From a virus (lineage: Duplodnaviria; Caudoviricetes): a DNA stretch of 54,406 nt. The stretch spans positions 1 through 54,406 of IMG/VR virus record IMGVR_UViG_3300020043_000644. One strand, 5' to 3'. Positions 1 through 7,950 of the stretch are shown piece after piece (position 1 is the first letter of the stretch; each line of letters begins with the position of its first letter). Position numbers and translations under genes: made by a program. The notes beneath the pieces were generated by a model that was given only the letters and a program-made list of their open reading frames with translations, did not search any database and was not told where the DNA came from.

Positions 1-2
1 AC

Positions 3-320
3 AATGATGCAGGTAGCAACATCAACACAAATCGTACTCACTTGCAAGGTGCAATTGTGTGTACCTTTGCAGATCTGACAAATACATTCGGTAACCCACT
101 GAAGGATGGGTTCGATGACTATAAGTCAGATGCCGAGTGGCAGATACAGTTTGAGGATGGCTCTGTGGCTACGATTTACAACTACAAGAATGGCAAGAAT
201 TATTGTGGTGCAGATGGGCTAGAGGTCTGGGAGATTACCCAGTGGAATATCGGTGGGCATGAGATGGACTGTGTACATCATGTCCGTAATGCAGTGGCAC
301 ATGTGAAGGAGAATGTATGA
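3..320 (+). CDS. conserved phage hypothetical protein, 5'-truncated by the window edge
   Basis: The frame is open from position 3 (NDAGSNINTNRTHLQG...), so the TTG at 42 is probably not the real start. Its stop overlaps the next start (ATGA). Confidence 0.7.
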   Translation, partial: NDAGSNINTNRTHLQGAIVCTFADLTNTFGNPLKDGFDDYKSDAEWQIQFEDGSVATIYNYKNGKNYCGADGLEVWEITQWNIGGHEMDCVHHVRNAVAHVKENV

Positions 321-781
321 AGATAAGCAAAGTAGAAGTGGAAGTACCTGCAGGTAGGTATATCTTAGGTGACCCATGCTATGCAGTACCCGAAGATAAG
401 TGGATGGAATTGCTAGAGTCATGCAATTACTTTGAGAATCCGATTGGTACTTTCTCTAGGGGTACAGACAACTACTACATTGTTGCATTCGGTACTCGAT
501 GGGGCGATGGTTGCTATCGGGGTACGGATGGTAACAGTTACCCTGTAGATGCAGGCTTGATAGGTCTGGTGCCTGTCGAGGTGGTGGGTATGGATGCACT
601 ACGAGATGACCTGTGTACTGTAGTCACATTCGATAAGCCCACTAAATGTAGCAGTGATGGTGACGGGAAGCTACGCTTTGGACACATAACAATTGATACA
701 GATCCTACACAGGATGAGGAGGAAGAAGATGAGGATGAAGCAGAAGCTCAGAGAATTGATGATGCATCATGGAGGGCATAA
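317..781 (+). CDS. hypothetical protein with acidic C-terminal tail
   Basis: RBS AGGAG upstream; GDPCY and GDG.Y...VDAG.IG motifs; tail DEEEEDEDEAE. Confidence 0.75.
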   Translation: MKISKVEVEVPAGRYILGDPCYAVPEDKWMELLESCNYFENPIGTFSRGTDNYYIVAFGTRWGDGCYRGTDGNSYPVDAGLIGLVPVEVVGMDALRDDLCTVVTFDKPTKCSSDGDGKLRFGHITIDTDPTQDEEEEDEDEAEAQRIDDASWRA

Positions 782-784
782 AGA

Positions 785-1000
785 ATGAAAGTCAAGCACT
801 GGGATTTACACCTGACATGGGAAGATGGATCGGTACATGAAGTGAGTAGCTATGTATCCATGGGATTAGTTCGTGAGGTCGAAGACTTCATTGACTACTG
901 GGAAGAAAAGCATGGTGAAGAAGATAAGGTGACAAGCATTGATGTATCAAAGTGTGAAGCAAAGGATGGGGATGAAGACTCATTCTCGAACCTTAATTAA
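785..1000 (+). CDS. small acidic hypothetical protein
   Basis: Tightly packed ORF, GGAGG upstream. Confidence 0.65.
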   Translation: MKVKHWDLHLTWEDGSVHEVSSYVSMGLVREVEDFIDYWEEKHGEEDKVTSIDVSKCEAKDGDEDSFSNLN

Positions 1001-1011
1001 ACGGAGGATGT

Positions 1012-1194
1012 ATGAAAAAGTATGAGGTACTCATAGCTAGAAATGAAACCACTATCTACACCATTGAGGTGATGGCTAAGTCAGAGGAAGAAGCAGAGAC
1101 AAAAGCTTATGTAAAGTTCGCCAAGAATGACATCGCAGATGAAGATGTAGTGTATGGCGAGGAAGAAACCCACGAGATCAATGAGCTTGAATAG
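1012..1194 (+). CDS. small acidic protein (Y.V.I...EVMAKSEEEAE, DpnD/PcfM-like pattern)
   Basis: RBS GGAGGATGT-ATG; about 17 of 60 residues are D/E. Confidence 0.7.
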   Translation: MKKYEVLIARNETTIYTIEVMAKSEEEAETKAYVKFAKNDIADEDVVYGEEETHEINELE

Positions 1195-1202
1195 GAGGAT
1201 GT

Positions 1203-1568
1203 ATGAAAGTATTTGTCTATCGTAACTTGCACAAGAACTGTTGGTCGATCAAGGCACTTGAAGGTGAGAACAAGGGCAGGGTCATTTACCATGCAGAGGA
1301 TGTGACCCTGACGGACTGTACATTCAAGGTCTCCAAGGCAGGCAGGGAGCGTGTGCTGCGAGAGCGTAGAAAGAATGTACATGCAGGTGTAGTAGGTCAG
1401 CTAATCAAAACGAATGTTCCCCTCAGTCACATGCCACAGATGGTATCTGTTACCTACAACCCATACAAGTACGAGTCCTTTGTCCGTAAGTACAACGACT
1501 TCATGCCAGTACACAATGCATCTTGGGTACATATGGGTAGGGATAAAAGTGTAGGGGCTATCCTATAA
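1203..1568 (+). CDS. conserved phage hypothetical protein
   Basis: Same RBS context (GGAGGATGTATGAAA) as the previous gene; VYRNLH...GRERVLRE..KNVHA pattern. Confidence 0.75.
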   Translation: MKVFVYRNLHKNCWSIKALEGENKGRVIYHAEDVTLTDCTFKVSKAGRERVLRERRKNVHAGVVGQLIKTNVPLSHMPQMVSVTYNPYKYESFVRKYNDFMPVHNASWVHMGRDKSVGAIL

Positions 1569-1587
1569 GGATAAGGGTTTGTCCCTA

Positions 1588-1616
1588 TTGTACTGTCGAA
1601 TGTTCGTCACTAAACT
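1588..1616 (+). promoter_or_regulatory. sigma70-type promoter
   Basis: TTGTAC(1588-1593)-17 bp-TAAACT(1611-1616) in an intergenic gap. Confidence 0.55.
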
Positions 1617-1628
1617 GGAGATCAATAA

Positions 1629-1730
1629 ATGCGATATGCAATTACTGTTTTGGCTGTCTTCCTAGCTAGTACAAGCTTCATGGCTGGGTGTTTATTAATT
1701 GGGTACACAATCGGAGGGATGTTGAAATGA
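1629..1730 (+). CDS. 33-aa single-pass membrane peptide (below the ORF-track cutoff)
   Basis: MRYAITVLAVFLASTSFMAGCLLIGYTIGGMLK; GGAG upstream; stop overlaps the next ATG (ATGA). Confidence 0.6.
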   Translation: MRYAITVLAVFLASTSFMAGCLLIGYTIGGMLK

Positions 1731-1969
1731 TGGATAAAGCAACTGCAATCAAAATGTTTGGCTGTTCCATGGAGGAGTTAGATTACATGGAGAAAAACAA
1801 TATCTACATAAGCATGCATGGTGAGGGACTGGGTAGCATATGGCTTGCCTGTTCCATCCTCAGCGATGCACAGGAAGTCATGGCAGGTGGTAACACCGAG
1901 TGTGCCAGACAGTTTATTAACAAAGCCAAGCACCTATTGTTTAACTTGATGGACAAGGAGAGAGCGTAA
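1727..1969 (+). CDS. hypothetical protein
   Basis: Start re-placed at ATG 1727 (GGAGG upstream, coupled to the previous stop). Confidence 0.65.
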   Translation: MMDKATAIKMFGCSMEELDYMEKNNIYISMHGEGLGSIWLACSILSDAQEVMAGGNTECARQFINKAKHLLFNLMDKERA

Positions 1970-2196
1970 TGCCAAGAGAAATACATTTCAATGGTCGTAA
2001 GCCTAGCAAGGCACAGGTAATGAAGCATGTCCGTGGGTTAATCAAAGAAGGTTGGAGTCATATCCAAGTATTTTGGGGTGAGAACTGGCTAGACTTTGAG
2101 AACATTCATGGGTACTGGCACGGCAGTGGGTGGATCAAAGATATAGGAGGGCAGGACTTGGCTAACTTTGAACTGAACGAAAGGAGATCTACATAA
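1969..2196 (+). CDS. hypothetical protein
   Basis: TAATG coupling, AGGAG RBS. Confidence 0.65.
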   Translation: MPREIHFNGRKPSKAQVMKHVRGLIKEGWSHIQVFWGENWLDFENIHGYWHGSGWIKDIGGQDLANFELNERRST

Positions 2197-2553
2197 ATGG
2201 ACATAACCCAAGACAAACGGGATAAGCTTCAACGTCAGGCTAACATTGCACTGGGGTTGCACTTCGATGGTAGTGATGACTGGTGGCACTACGTCACAGT
2301 GGATGATGAGGAGTGGGGCATCAACATATGGGATGACTGCCAGTGGGGTGACGGCACTACTGCAGGTACGAAGTGGGGACCCGTAGTCAAGCACGATGAT
2401 TTCCCTGACGATGATGGCAGGCGTAGCATGGTGATCACAGCCTACCTCTGCAATGATGATGGGCTTGATACATCTGACTGGGTCAACCTGCAGGTAGACA
2501 AGTTCCCCTTGTGGGTAATGGAAGCTAGAGTAAAAGTGAAGGAGGTGTTTTGA
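2197..2553 (+). CDS. acidic, Trp-rich hypothetical protein
   Basis: AAGGAG RBS, abuts the previous stop. Confidence 0.65.
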   Translation: MDITQDKRDKLQRQANIALGLHFDGSDDWWHYVTVDDEEWGINIWDDCQWGDGTTAGTKWGPVVKHDDFPDDDGRRSMVITAYLCNDDGLDTSDWVNLQVDKFPLWVMEARVKVKEVF

Positions 2554-2759
2554 TGACAGGCAAGCTAGTGCTGTGGGTAATACGAGAGAAGGACACAGAC
2601 CACATATTCAAGCGACTGAAGGATGCCCGTGCATCTGATGTTGGCTGGGTCTGGAGAAGTGATATTCGTATCATTAGTCGGATAGTACTTGACAAGGTTA
2701 GAAATTGTACCTACAATAGAAAAAAGAAAGGAGTTCTGTGCAAGATTCAACAGACGTAG
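2550..2759 (+). CDS. hypothetical protein
   Basis: AGGAGGT RBS; 3' half overlaps a promoter. Confidence 0.45.
   Translation: MMTGKLVLWVIREKDTDHIFKRLKDARASDVGWVWRSDIRIISRIVLDKVRNCTYNRKKKGVLCKIQQT
2689..2717 (+). promoter_or_regulatory. strong sigma70-type promoter
   Basis: TTGACA(2689-2694)-17 bp-TACAAT(2712-2717), followed by AAAGGAG and the GTG start at 2738. Confidence 0.75.
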
Positions 2760-3157
2760 TAGTACCGAACCATCCAATGGCTAGGCAGTACAACCATCTA
2801 GGTGGGGCAGTCGATGTAAAGACACACAACTGGGTACACTCGAACATCAAGTTCAGAGGTGAACCACAGGAGTACAAGCCCATCAAGGATGCGTTCACTA
2901 CCTTAGATCCATGGCATGCATTGGGCTATGTACCTGACAGAGATTGTCCTACGCTGAGTGTCAGCCGATGGTCATACCGAGACAGTCCCGTAGCTAAGCA
3001 CGATGGTAATAGTTTGTGGGTAGCGATGGAGTCACTTCATGAAGCACCCCACAAGTTTGTTCAACATGTAGCTAACAAGTATCGTATCGTAGTAGATGTA
3101 TCAACATGCCCGACTTATTCAATTCGTTGGGTCAACAAAACTTTTAAACCTGAATAG
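2738..3157 (+). CDS. hypothetical protein
   Basis: AAAGGAG RBS, GTG start. Confidence 0.65.
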   Translation: MQDSTDVVVPNHPMARQYNHLGGAVDVKTHNWVHSNIKFRGEPQEYKPIKDAFTTLDPWHALGYVPDRDCPTLSVSRWSYRDSPVAKHDGNSLWVAMESLHEAPHKFVQHVANKYRIVVDVSTCPTYSIRWVNKTFKPE

Positions 3158-3168
3158 GAGTAGTAAAC

Positions 3169-4050
3169 ATGCTTACATTTAAATCGTTAGATCACATCCC
3201 AGCATTGCCAGCAGTACTGGACTTCGAGCCACAGCGTGAGCAACAGACACGCAATGGTTTGGCTATCCCCAATCGTTACTGGGTAGTCAACCCTATCACT
3301 GACGAGGTGATCGGTGACGGCAAGTCCGTGCACAATCCCAAGAACTTCCGCATCATGTGGGACAACATGCGTGAGGGTTTATCCTTGGCTAAGTTAGACA
3401 CAAGCAATGTCGATGTAGACTTCCATGCACTCGGTAGTGGTGCAGGATTCTCAGCCAAGATCGTACTCAAGGCATACAACTTCGAGAAGAAGTTAGGTGA
3501 GGCAGCCAAGATGGTGATGCATGTACGTGACTCACATGACCAGTCAGTCAAGATGCAGATCAATGCAATGATCTACCGCCTTGCTTGCTTGAATGGTATG
3601 GTTGCACCACGAGAGCGTGTCGGTATTGCACAGAAGCACACCACGTTCTATGACCCAGAGGTCATCGGCAAAGTGGCTGCGACTTTCCCTGAGAAGTTAG
3701 AGCGTGATGCAGAAGTCATGGCTCAGATGCGTCAGATCCCCGTAGCCCGTGATTACTCGGTTGATTTCTTCCGTAGAAATGTAGCTACCTATCAGACCAA
3801 GACTGGTCCGAAGGTAAATAACAAATGGCTTGAGAAGATCATCGGTATCTACGATAGCTACACTGAGATCGGTCACGATGCGTATCGTGTTTACAACACA
3901 CTCACTCACATCAGTACCCACGTAGAAGCACAGCGTGATGGCACTGAGGTAGAGCGTAAGCGTATCCGTGTTGAGCAGGACATCGAGTCTGTGATTCAGG
4001 GTGCTGAGTTCCAGCGTTTGATTGCTGGTGAAGAGATGGCAGTAGCGTAA
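3169..4050 (+). CDS. DUF932/DUF945-family phage protein
   Basis: SHD.S...YRLACLNGM...KHT and YN.LTH motifs; AGGAG RBS; followed by a terminator. Confidence 0.75.
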   Translation: MLTFKSLDHIPALPAVLDFEPQREQQTRNGLAIPNRYWVVNPITDEVIGDGKSVHNPKNFRIMWDNMREGLSLAKLDTSNVDVDFHALGSGAGFSAKIVLKAYNFEKKLGEAAKMVMHVRDSHDQSVKMQINAMIYRLACLNGMVAPRERVGIAQKHTTFYDPEVIGKVAATFPEKLERDAEVMAQMRQIPVARDYSVDFFRRNVATYQTKTGPKVNNKWLEKIIGIYDSYTEIGHDAYRVYNTLTHISTHVEAQRDGTEVERKRIRVEQDIESVIQGAEFQRLIAGEEMAVA

Positions 4051-4055
4051 CTAAC

Positions 4056-4082
4056 AGGGGGCTTCGTGCCCCCTATTCCTTT
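4056..4082 (+). terminator. intrinsic terminator
   Basis: AGGGGGC-TTCGT-GCCCCCT hairpin followed by ATTCCTTT. Confidence 0.7.
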
Positions 4083-4093
4083 GGAGGTAGTAC

Positions 4094-4345
4094 ATGATTA
4101 ATCAACACGACTTAGAAGATATGTGCCCACTGTATGACCTGCATAGGGGTGACAAGTTTGTGATTGCAGATGAGCATCAAGAGGTACGTGTGCCCCCGGC
4201 ACATGTGCAGTTTGATATGTCCGATGTGTTTACATTCTTTGATGTTGACGGAATGTATTCTTTCTGTAAAGATAGTAAAGACCAAGTGATACACTTGGCT
4301 GCTTGGACAAAGGTAAACAAAGTGAAAGGTAAGAACGATGAGTGA
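4094..4345 (+). CDS. hypothetical protein
   Basis: GGAGGT RBS. Confidence 0.7.
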   Translation: MINQHDLEDMCPLYDLHRGDKFVIADEHQEVRVPPAHVQFDMSDVFTFFDVDGMYSFCKDSKDQVIHLAAWTKVNKVKGKNDE

Positions 4346-4679
4346 TGAGTTAAGACACCTGCATGTGATCAAGAACAAGGTAGCAACCAAGACACGTATC
4401 CATTTGGAAGATGCAATCATGGATGTGTGGCAGACAGAGAAGGATCTTAAAGGTTTCATTGAACTACTGGTAGACCATCCTGACATTCGATTAGATGAGC
4501 AAGAGGTCTGGAACTATGTTGACAGTATCCGTAAGGTACATGACATGCGTATGCATGTACTCATGGATACATTTGCACAGGCATTTCACTTGGATGGGTA
4601 TGGCACACTAGCGGAGGTACTTGCATGTGATGAAGAACAAGAGGATGCAAGTGTAAAAAAGAAGGGTAAGAAGAAATGA
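4338..4679 (+). CDS. hypothetical protein
   Basis: Overlapping, coupled ORF. Confidence 0.65.
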   Translation: MSDELRHLHVIKNKVATKTRIHLEDAIMDVWQTEKDLKGFIELLVDHPDIRLDEQEVWNYVDSIRKVHDMRMHVLMDTFAQAFHLDGYGTLAEVLACDEEQEDASVKKKGKKK

Positions 4680-4870
4680 ACATCCAGATTAAGATCATCA
4701 AAGAGAATCCTGATGGTAGTGCAGAAGCCAGAGCCACCTATGACAAGGAGGCACTGGAATACATGGTTGAATACGCCATCACAGGTATGCTTACAGAGTA
4801 CGTACAGAAACTAAAGGACGAAAAACAGAATGCCAAAGTTAAAAGAAAACCACGAAGTAAAGCTGTATGA
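4676..4870 (+). CDS. hypothetical protein
   Basis: ATGA coupling; KENPDGSA motif. Confidence 0.6.
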   Translation: MNIQIKIIKENPDGSAEARATYDKEALEYMVEYAITGMLTEYVQKLKDEKQNAKVKRKPRSKAV

Positions 4871-5006
4871 CCAGTCGTATGCTGACATCGGCAGAGAGAT
4901 AGGCATACATCGTAACAGCGTAGCTGACATCGAGCAACGAGCATTGAAGAAGATCAAGCACAAGCTAGAACAGAAGGGCTACAAACTGGAGGACTTTTTT
5001 AAATGA
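4830..5006 (+). CDS. 58-aa stand-alone sigma-70 region 4-like HTH protein (below the ORF-track cutoff)
   Basis: MPKLKENHEVKLYDQSYADIGREIGIHRNSVADIEQRALKKIKHKLEQKGYKLEDFFK; resembles the sigma70 region 4.2 pattern; stop coupled to the next ATG. Confidence 0.7.
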   Translation: MPKLKENHEVKLYDQSYADIGREIGIHRNSVADIEQRALKKIKHKLEQKGYKLEDFFK

Positions 5007-5107
5007 CACAATTTCTACTAGACATGGTAATGTTTTTATCCATCATCGGCATAGCTGTACTGCTAGTAATACTAATAGACATTGCAATGGGACTAATATC
5101 AAAATGA
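5003..5107 (+). CDS. 34-aa membrane peptide (below cutoff)
   Basis: MTQFLLDMVMFLSIIGIAVLLVILIDIAMGLISK; GGAGG RBS; ATGA coupling at both ends. Confidence 0.6.
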   Translation: MTQFLLDMVMFLSIIGIAVLLVILIDIAMGLISK

Positions 5108-5349
5108 CATATCAAAAGAAACTAGATGAAGCACCTTATCATCCGGGCTATGAGGATGCGGTTGTACCTCCAGCACCCAAGTACACCGGCATGAATCCAT
5201 CTAAGATGCTGTGGAAATCAAAGCCATTAACAGATGAGGAAATAGTTAGTCTTTATGAATCATCATATTTAGAAAGCGGGCTAGATGAGTGGGAGTTCGA
5301 CTCTGTTTATTTTGCTAGAGCAATAGAACAAAGGCATGGGATTAAATGA
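5104..5349 (+). CDS. hypothetical protein
   Basis: KPLTDEEI...FARAIEQRHGIK motif typical of small phage proteins. Confidence 0.65.
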   Translation: MTYQKKLDEAPYHPGYEDAVVPPAPKYTGMNPSKMLWKSKPLTDEEIVSLYESSYLESGLDEWEFDSVYFARAIEQRHGIK

Positions 5350-5525
5350 AGCTACGTTACGAAGTAATGGACGAGCATAACCAAACAGTCAGGTGCTTTG
5401 CTACCAAGCAGGAAGCACAGGCACACTGCAAGTTAGACTCCAGCTTTTGGATCAAGGTTAATCCCATCAAGAAACGTAACTTCTTTAGAGAAGCATTTGA
5501 AAGGTTGGGCGAATGTCGATTCTAA
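5346..5525 (+). CDS. 59-aa hypothetical protein (below cutoff)
   Basis: MKLRYEVMDEHNQTVRCFATKQEAQAH...LGECRF; fills the gap with coupled start and stop. Confidence 0.6.
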   Translation: MKLRYEVMDEHNQTVRCFATKQEAQAHCKLDSSFWIKVNPIKKRNFFREAFERLGECRF

Positions 5526-5743
5526 TGAGAGCATTCATCATGTGTGCATTTGTATTTGGTGTATGGGTAGGATTTATTGCAGGTCGTATGGAGTGGGATC
5601 ATGAAGGGTGCGTAGACTCACAAGGTTTACACACACGATACGAGGCATGGCTATCTGTACGTCATGGTACATACCGATGCTTCTGGATTGAGAAAGATTA
5701 CCCACATAGGGTGAAGCTGCAAGGTGTGATTGATGTCAAGTAA
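5525..5743 (+). CDS. membrane-anchored hypothetical protein
   Basis: N-terminal hydrophobic helix; start re-placed at the TAATG junction. Confidence 0.55.
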   Translation: MRAFIMCAFVFGVWVGFIAGRMEWDHEGCVDSQGLHTRYEAWLSVRHGTYRCFWIEKDYPHRVKLQGVIDVK

Positions 5744-5954
5744 TCACATCAAGTGGGCAGGCACAGTGCTATGTCTTGTGGGTATTGCACTCACAAGCTT
5801 TAATGTGTACCCACTGAATGTGTTCTTGAGTCTGGTAGGTAGTGCACTGTGGACATGGGCAGGGTATCTGCAAGATGACTTGCCTTTGATTTTAGTAGAA
5901 GCTGTAGCTGTAACTTTATATTTAATAGGAGCTATTACATGGATGATGCAATGA
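5730..5954 (+). CDS. small three-TM membrane protein
   Basis: Three hydrophobic stretches in 74 aa. Confidence 0.65.
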   Translation: MMSSNHIKWAGTVLCLVGIALTSFNVYPLNVFLSLVGSALWTWAGYLQDDLPLILVEAVAVTLYLIGAITWMMQ

Positions 5955-6154
5955 AGTTGACTGAGTTGCCCGAAGGGTTTGTACCTGTGAAGAAGGAGAG
6001 ACCTAAGCTTGAGCGTAGGAAAGTAATCGTAGCACCCAAGGAAGAGTACATACCCCTCACCGATGATGACATCGAGTCATGCCGTAAGGGACAGGACATC
6101 TTTGATTTTGCACGGGACATTGAGAATATTATTAAGGAGAAGAACAAGCTATGA
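5939..6154 (+). CDS. hypothetical protein
   Basis: PLTDDDI...FARDIE motif similar to the 5104 protein; true start probably 5951. Confidence 0.6.
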   Translation: MDDAMKLTELPEGFVPVKKERPKLERRKVIVAPKEEYIPLTDDDIESCRKGQDIFDFARDIENIIKEKNKL

Positions 6155-6366
6155 ACGTACCATATAACAACGGCAAGATTAAGATTGGTTCAGAGTACTA
6201 CCTGAATCCGCTAAGACCCAAGTACATAGAGCAGGATGTAGACATGCTTGAACTGCAGAGTTACCTAATCCATGATCCCAGAATTATAAACAGGGAGTAC
6301 TGGACTATCCGTATTTATACTGTTGTTGTCCTATTTATTTTAACTGTTGTACTGATGTCCACTTAA
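6151..6366 (+). CDS. hypothetical protein with C-terminal TM helix
   Basis: VPYNNGKIKIG motif, hydrophobic C-terminus. Confidence 0.65.
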   Translation: MNVPYNNGKIKIGSEYYLNPLRPKYIEQDVDMLELQSYLIHDPRIINREYWTIRIYTVVVLFILTVVLMST

Positions 6367-6383
6367 CCATTGAAAGGAATGAA

Positions 6384-6662
6384 ATGAAAGTAACTTTTGA
6401 ATTACCAGACGAGCAGACAGATAAGTTAGTTGTCGCAACTTTGAAAGAGGCATACGAGTCATGCGTTACTACACTCATGCAGCAATCACGTCAGATGTTT
6501 GACCCGGTTGAAGATGTAATCCGCAGGCAGGCTGCACTGTCTGAAGTCTTATCGTACTTCATGCTTGGACCTGACTACTCAAACTACATTCGCCAGTGGA
6601 ATACCAAGTTAATGGAGAGTACATTCGAGAATGAAACCAAGGAGGAAAAGGAGGAGGACTAA
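6384..6662 (+). CDS. hypothetical protein
   Basis: AAAGGA RBS; coupled to the recombinase start. Confidence 0.65.
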   Translation: MKVTFELPDEQTDKLVVATLKEAYESCVTTLMQQSRQMFDPVEDVIRRQAALSEVLSYFMLGPDYSNYIRQWNTKLMESTFENETKEEKEED

Positions 6663-7567
6663 TGGCTAAGAAGAAACTGGTAGCCGTGATTGATGAGTAC
6701 TATCAATCCTTAGACTATCGGGTTCTCTCGCCTACCACCCAAAGGGACTATCGCTATTGCATCCAGACATTCCTAAGTACCCATGTACGTAGTAGGGATA
6801 TATCCAAGATGTATATCGATTCACTTGATACCCCCAATGCCCAGACTGCATACAATAAATGGGCAGAGAGGGGTGTCCCATACGCCAACCATACCCATGC
6901 TGTAGTCAGTAAGCTGTACAACTATGCGATACAGCTAGGGTATGCCCAGATAAATCCGTTCAGCAAGGTATCTAAACGCAGGCATACGCCACGCAAAGTG
7001 GTGTGGTCAAGGGAGGATATCAAGTTGTTCTTGGACACAGCCTACAGCCGTTTTAGATGGCGTAGTGCAGGGCTTATTGTGCAGATGGCATACGAGTGGT
7101 GTCAGAGGCTAGGCGATATGGCTAATCTGACATGGGATAACTACGATTTTGATAAGAGAGTATTGTACCTGCAACAATCTAAGCGTAGGGCTAGGGTAGA
7201 ACTACCCACTACCGATGAGTTACATGAGATGCTGGTACAGCAGAAGGCTGACGTAGACTTTCAGCAGTACATAGCACCTTACTGTAAGGACAATAGCATC
7301 ATAGCCAAGCCGTATGATAGGAAGGCACTATCAGCATTAGGCAGGAGCATCATCCGTGCAGCAGGGTTACCCACGGAGTATCAGATTATGGACATGCGTA
7401 GGACAGGCACAGTCGAGATGATTGATGCCGGTGTATCCATGCCCCAGATCATGGCAGTTACTGGTCACGCTAATCCCCAGTCAGTAAAACCCTACATGAA
7501 AAATACCTTGACAAGTGCAAGGAATGCTGCTAAGCTCCGCTTTAACACGGCAGGTGATACAGTATAA
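6662..7567 (+). CDS. int: tyrosine recombinase/integrase
   Basis: Catalytic pattern QR.GD, QSK, MDMRRT, TGH, terminal Y; core-binding region SPTTQRDY...INPF. Confidence 0.85.
   Translation: MAKKKLVAVIDEYYQSLDYRVLSPTTQRDYRYCIQTFLSTHVRSRDISKMYIDSLDTPNAQTAYNKWAERGVPYANHTHAVVSKLYNYAIQLGYAQINPFSKVSKRRHTPRKVVWSREDIKLFLDTAYSRFRWRSAGLIVQMAYEWCQRLGDMANLTWDNYDFDKRVLYLQQSKRRARVELPTTDELHEMLVQQKADVDFQQYIAPYCKDNSIIAKPYDRKALSALGRSIIRAAGLPTEYQIMDMRRTGTVEMIDAGVSMPQIMAVTGHANPQSVKPYMKNTLTSARNAAKLRFNTAGDTV
7508..7536 (+). promoter_or_regulatory. possible sigma70 promoter for the replication genes, inside the recombinase 3' end
   Basis: TTGACA(7508-7513)-17 bp-TAAGCT(7531-7536). Confidence 0.45.
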
Positions 7568-7575
7568 GGGATGAT

Positions 7576-7950
7576 ATGAAAGAGTTCTTTGACAAGGTAC
7601 GTAAGATAGCTAAAGATTTAGACAGTGGTGAGTATTCCGTGTGCTCACTGGAAGAGGCTGAAGCATTTGCAAATAAACGAAACAGTAAAGGAAAGATAAT
7701 GCCAAACAACTATTACGAGATTAGCTGTAAGTTAGATACCATTCAGTACAAGCTAGAGAATGCAGCCGATGTGCTAGAGATTATTGCTGAGAGTATTAGT
7801 GAAGATCCTAGCAGTGGTGCAGTTTGGTGTGTACGGGATGTGATTGATGGACTAGCAAAGGAACTAACCCATGTGTCTAGCCAGACTATGGACTACCATT
7901 TGGAACAGCAAGAAATAAAGGTAGTAGTACCAAAGAAGAAAAAGAAATGA
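7576..7950 (+). CDS. hypothetical protein
   Basis: ORF between recombinase and primase; an alternative internal start near 7699 has a good RBS. Confidence 0.6.
   Translation: MKEFFDKVRKIAKDLDSGEYSVCSLEEAEAFANKRNSKGKIMPNNYYEISCKLDTIQYKLENAADVLEIIAESISEDPSSGAVWCVRDVIDGLAKELTHVSSQTMDYHLEQQEIKVVVPKKKKK

Noticed and set aside
1002-1208. 15-bp repeat GGAGGATGTATGAAA
   Set aside because: Explained by an identical RBS plus start-codon context of two adjacent genes.
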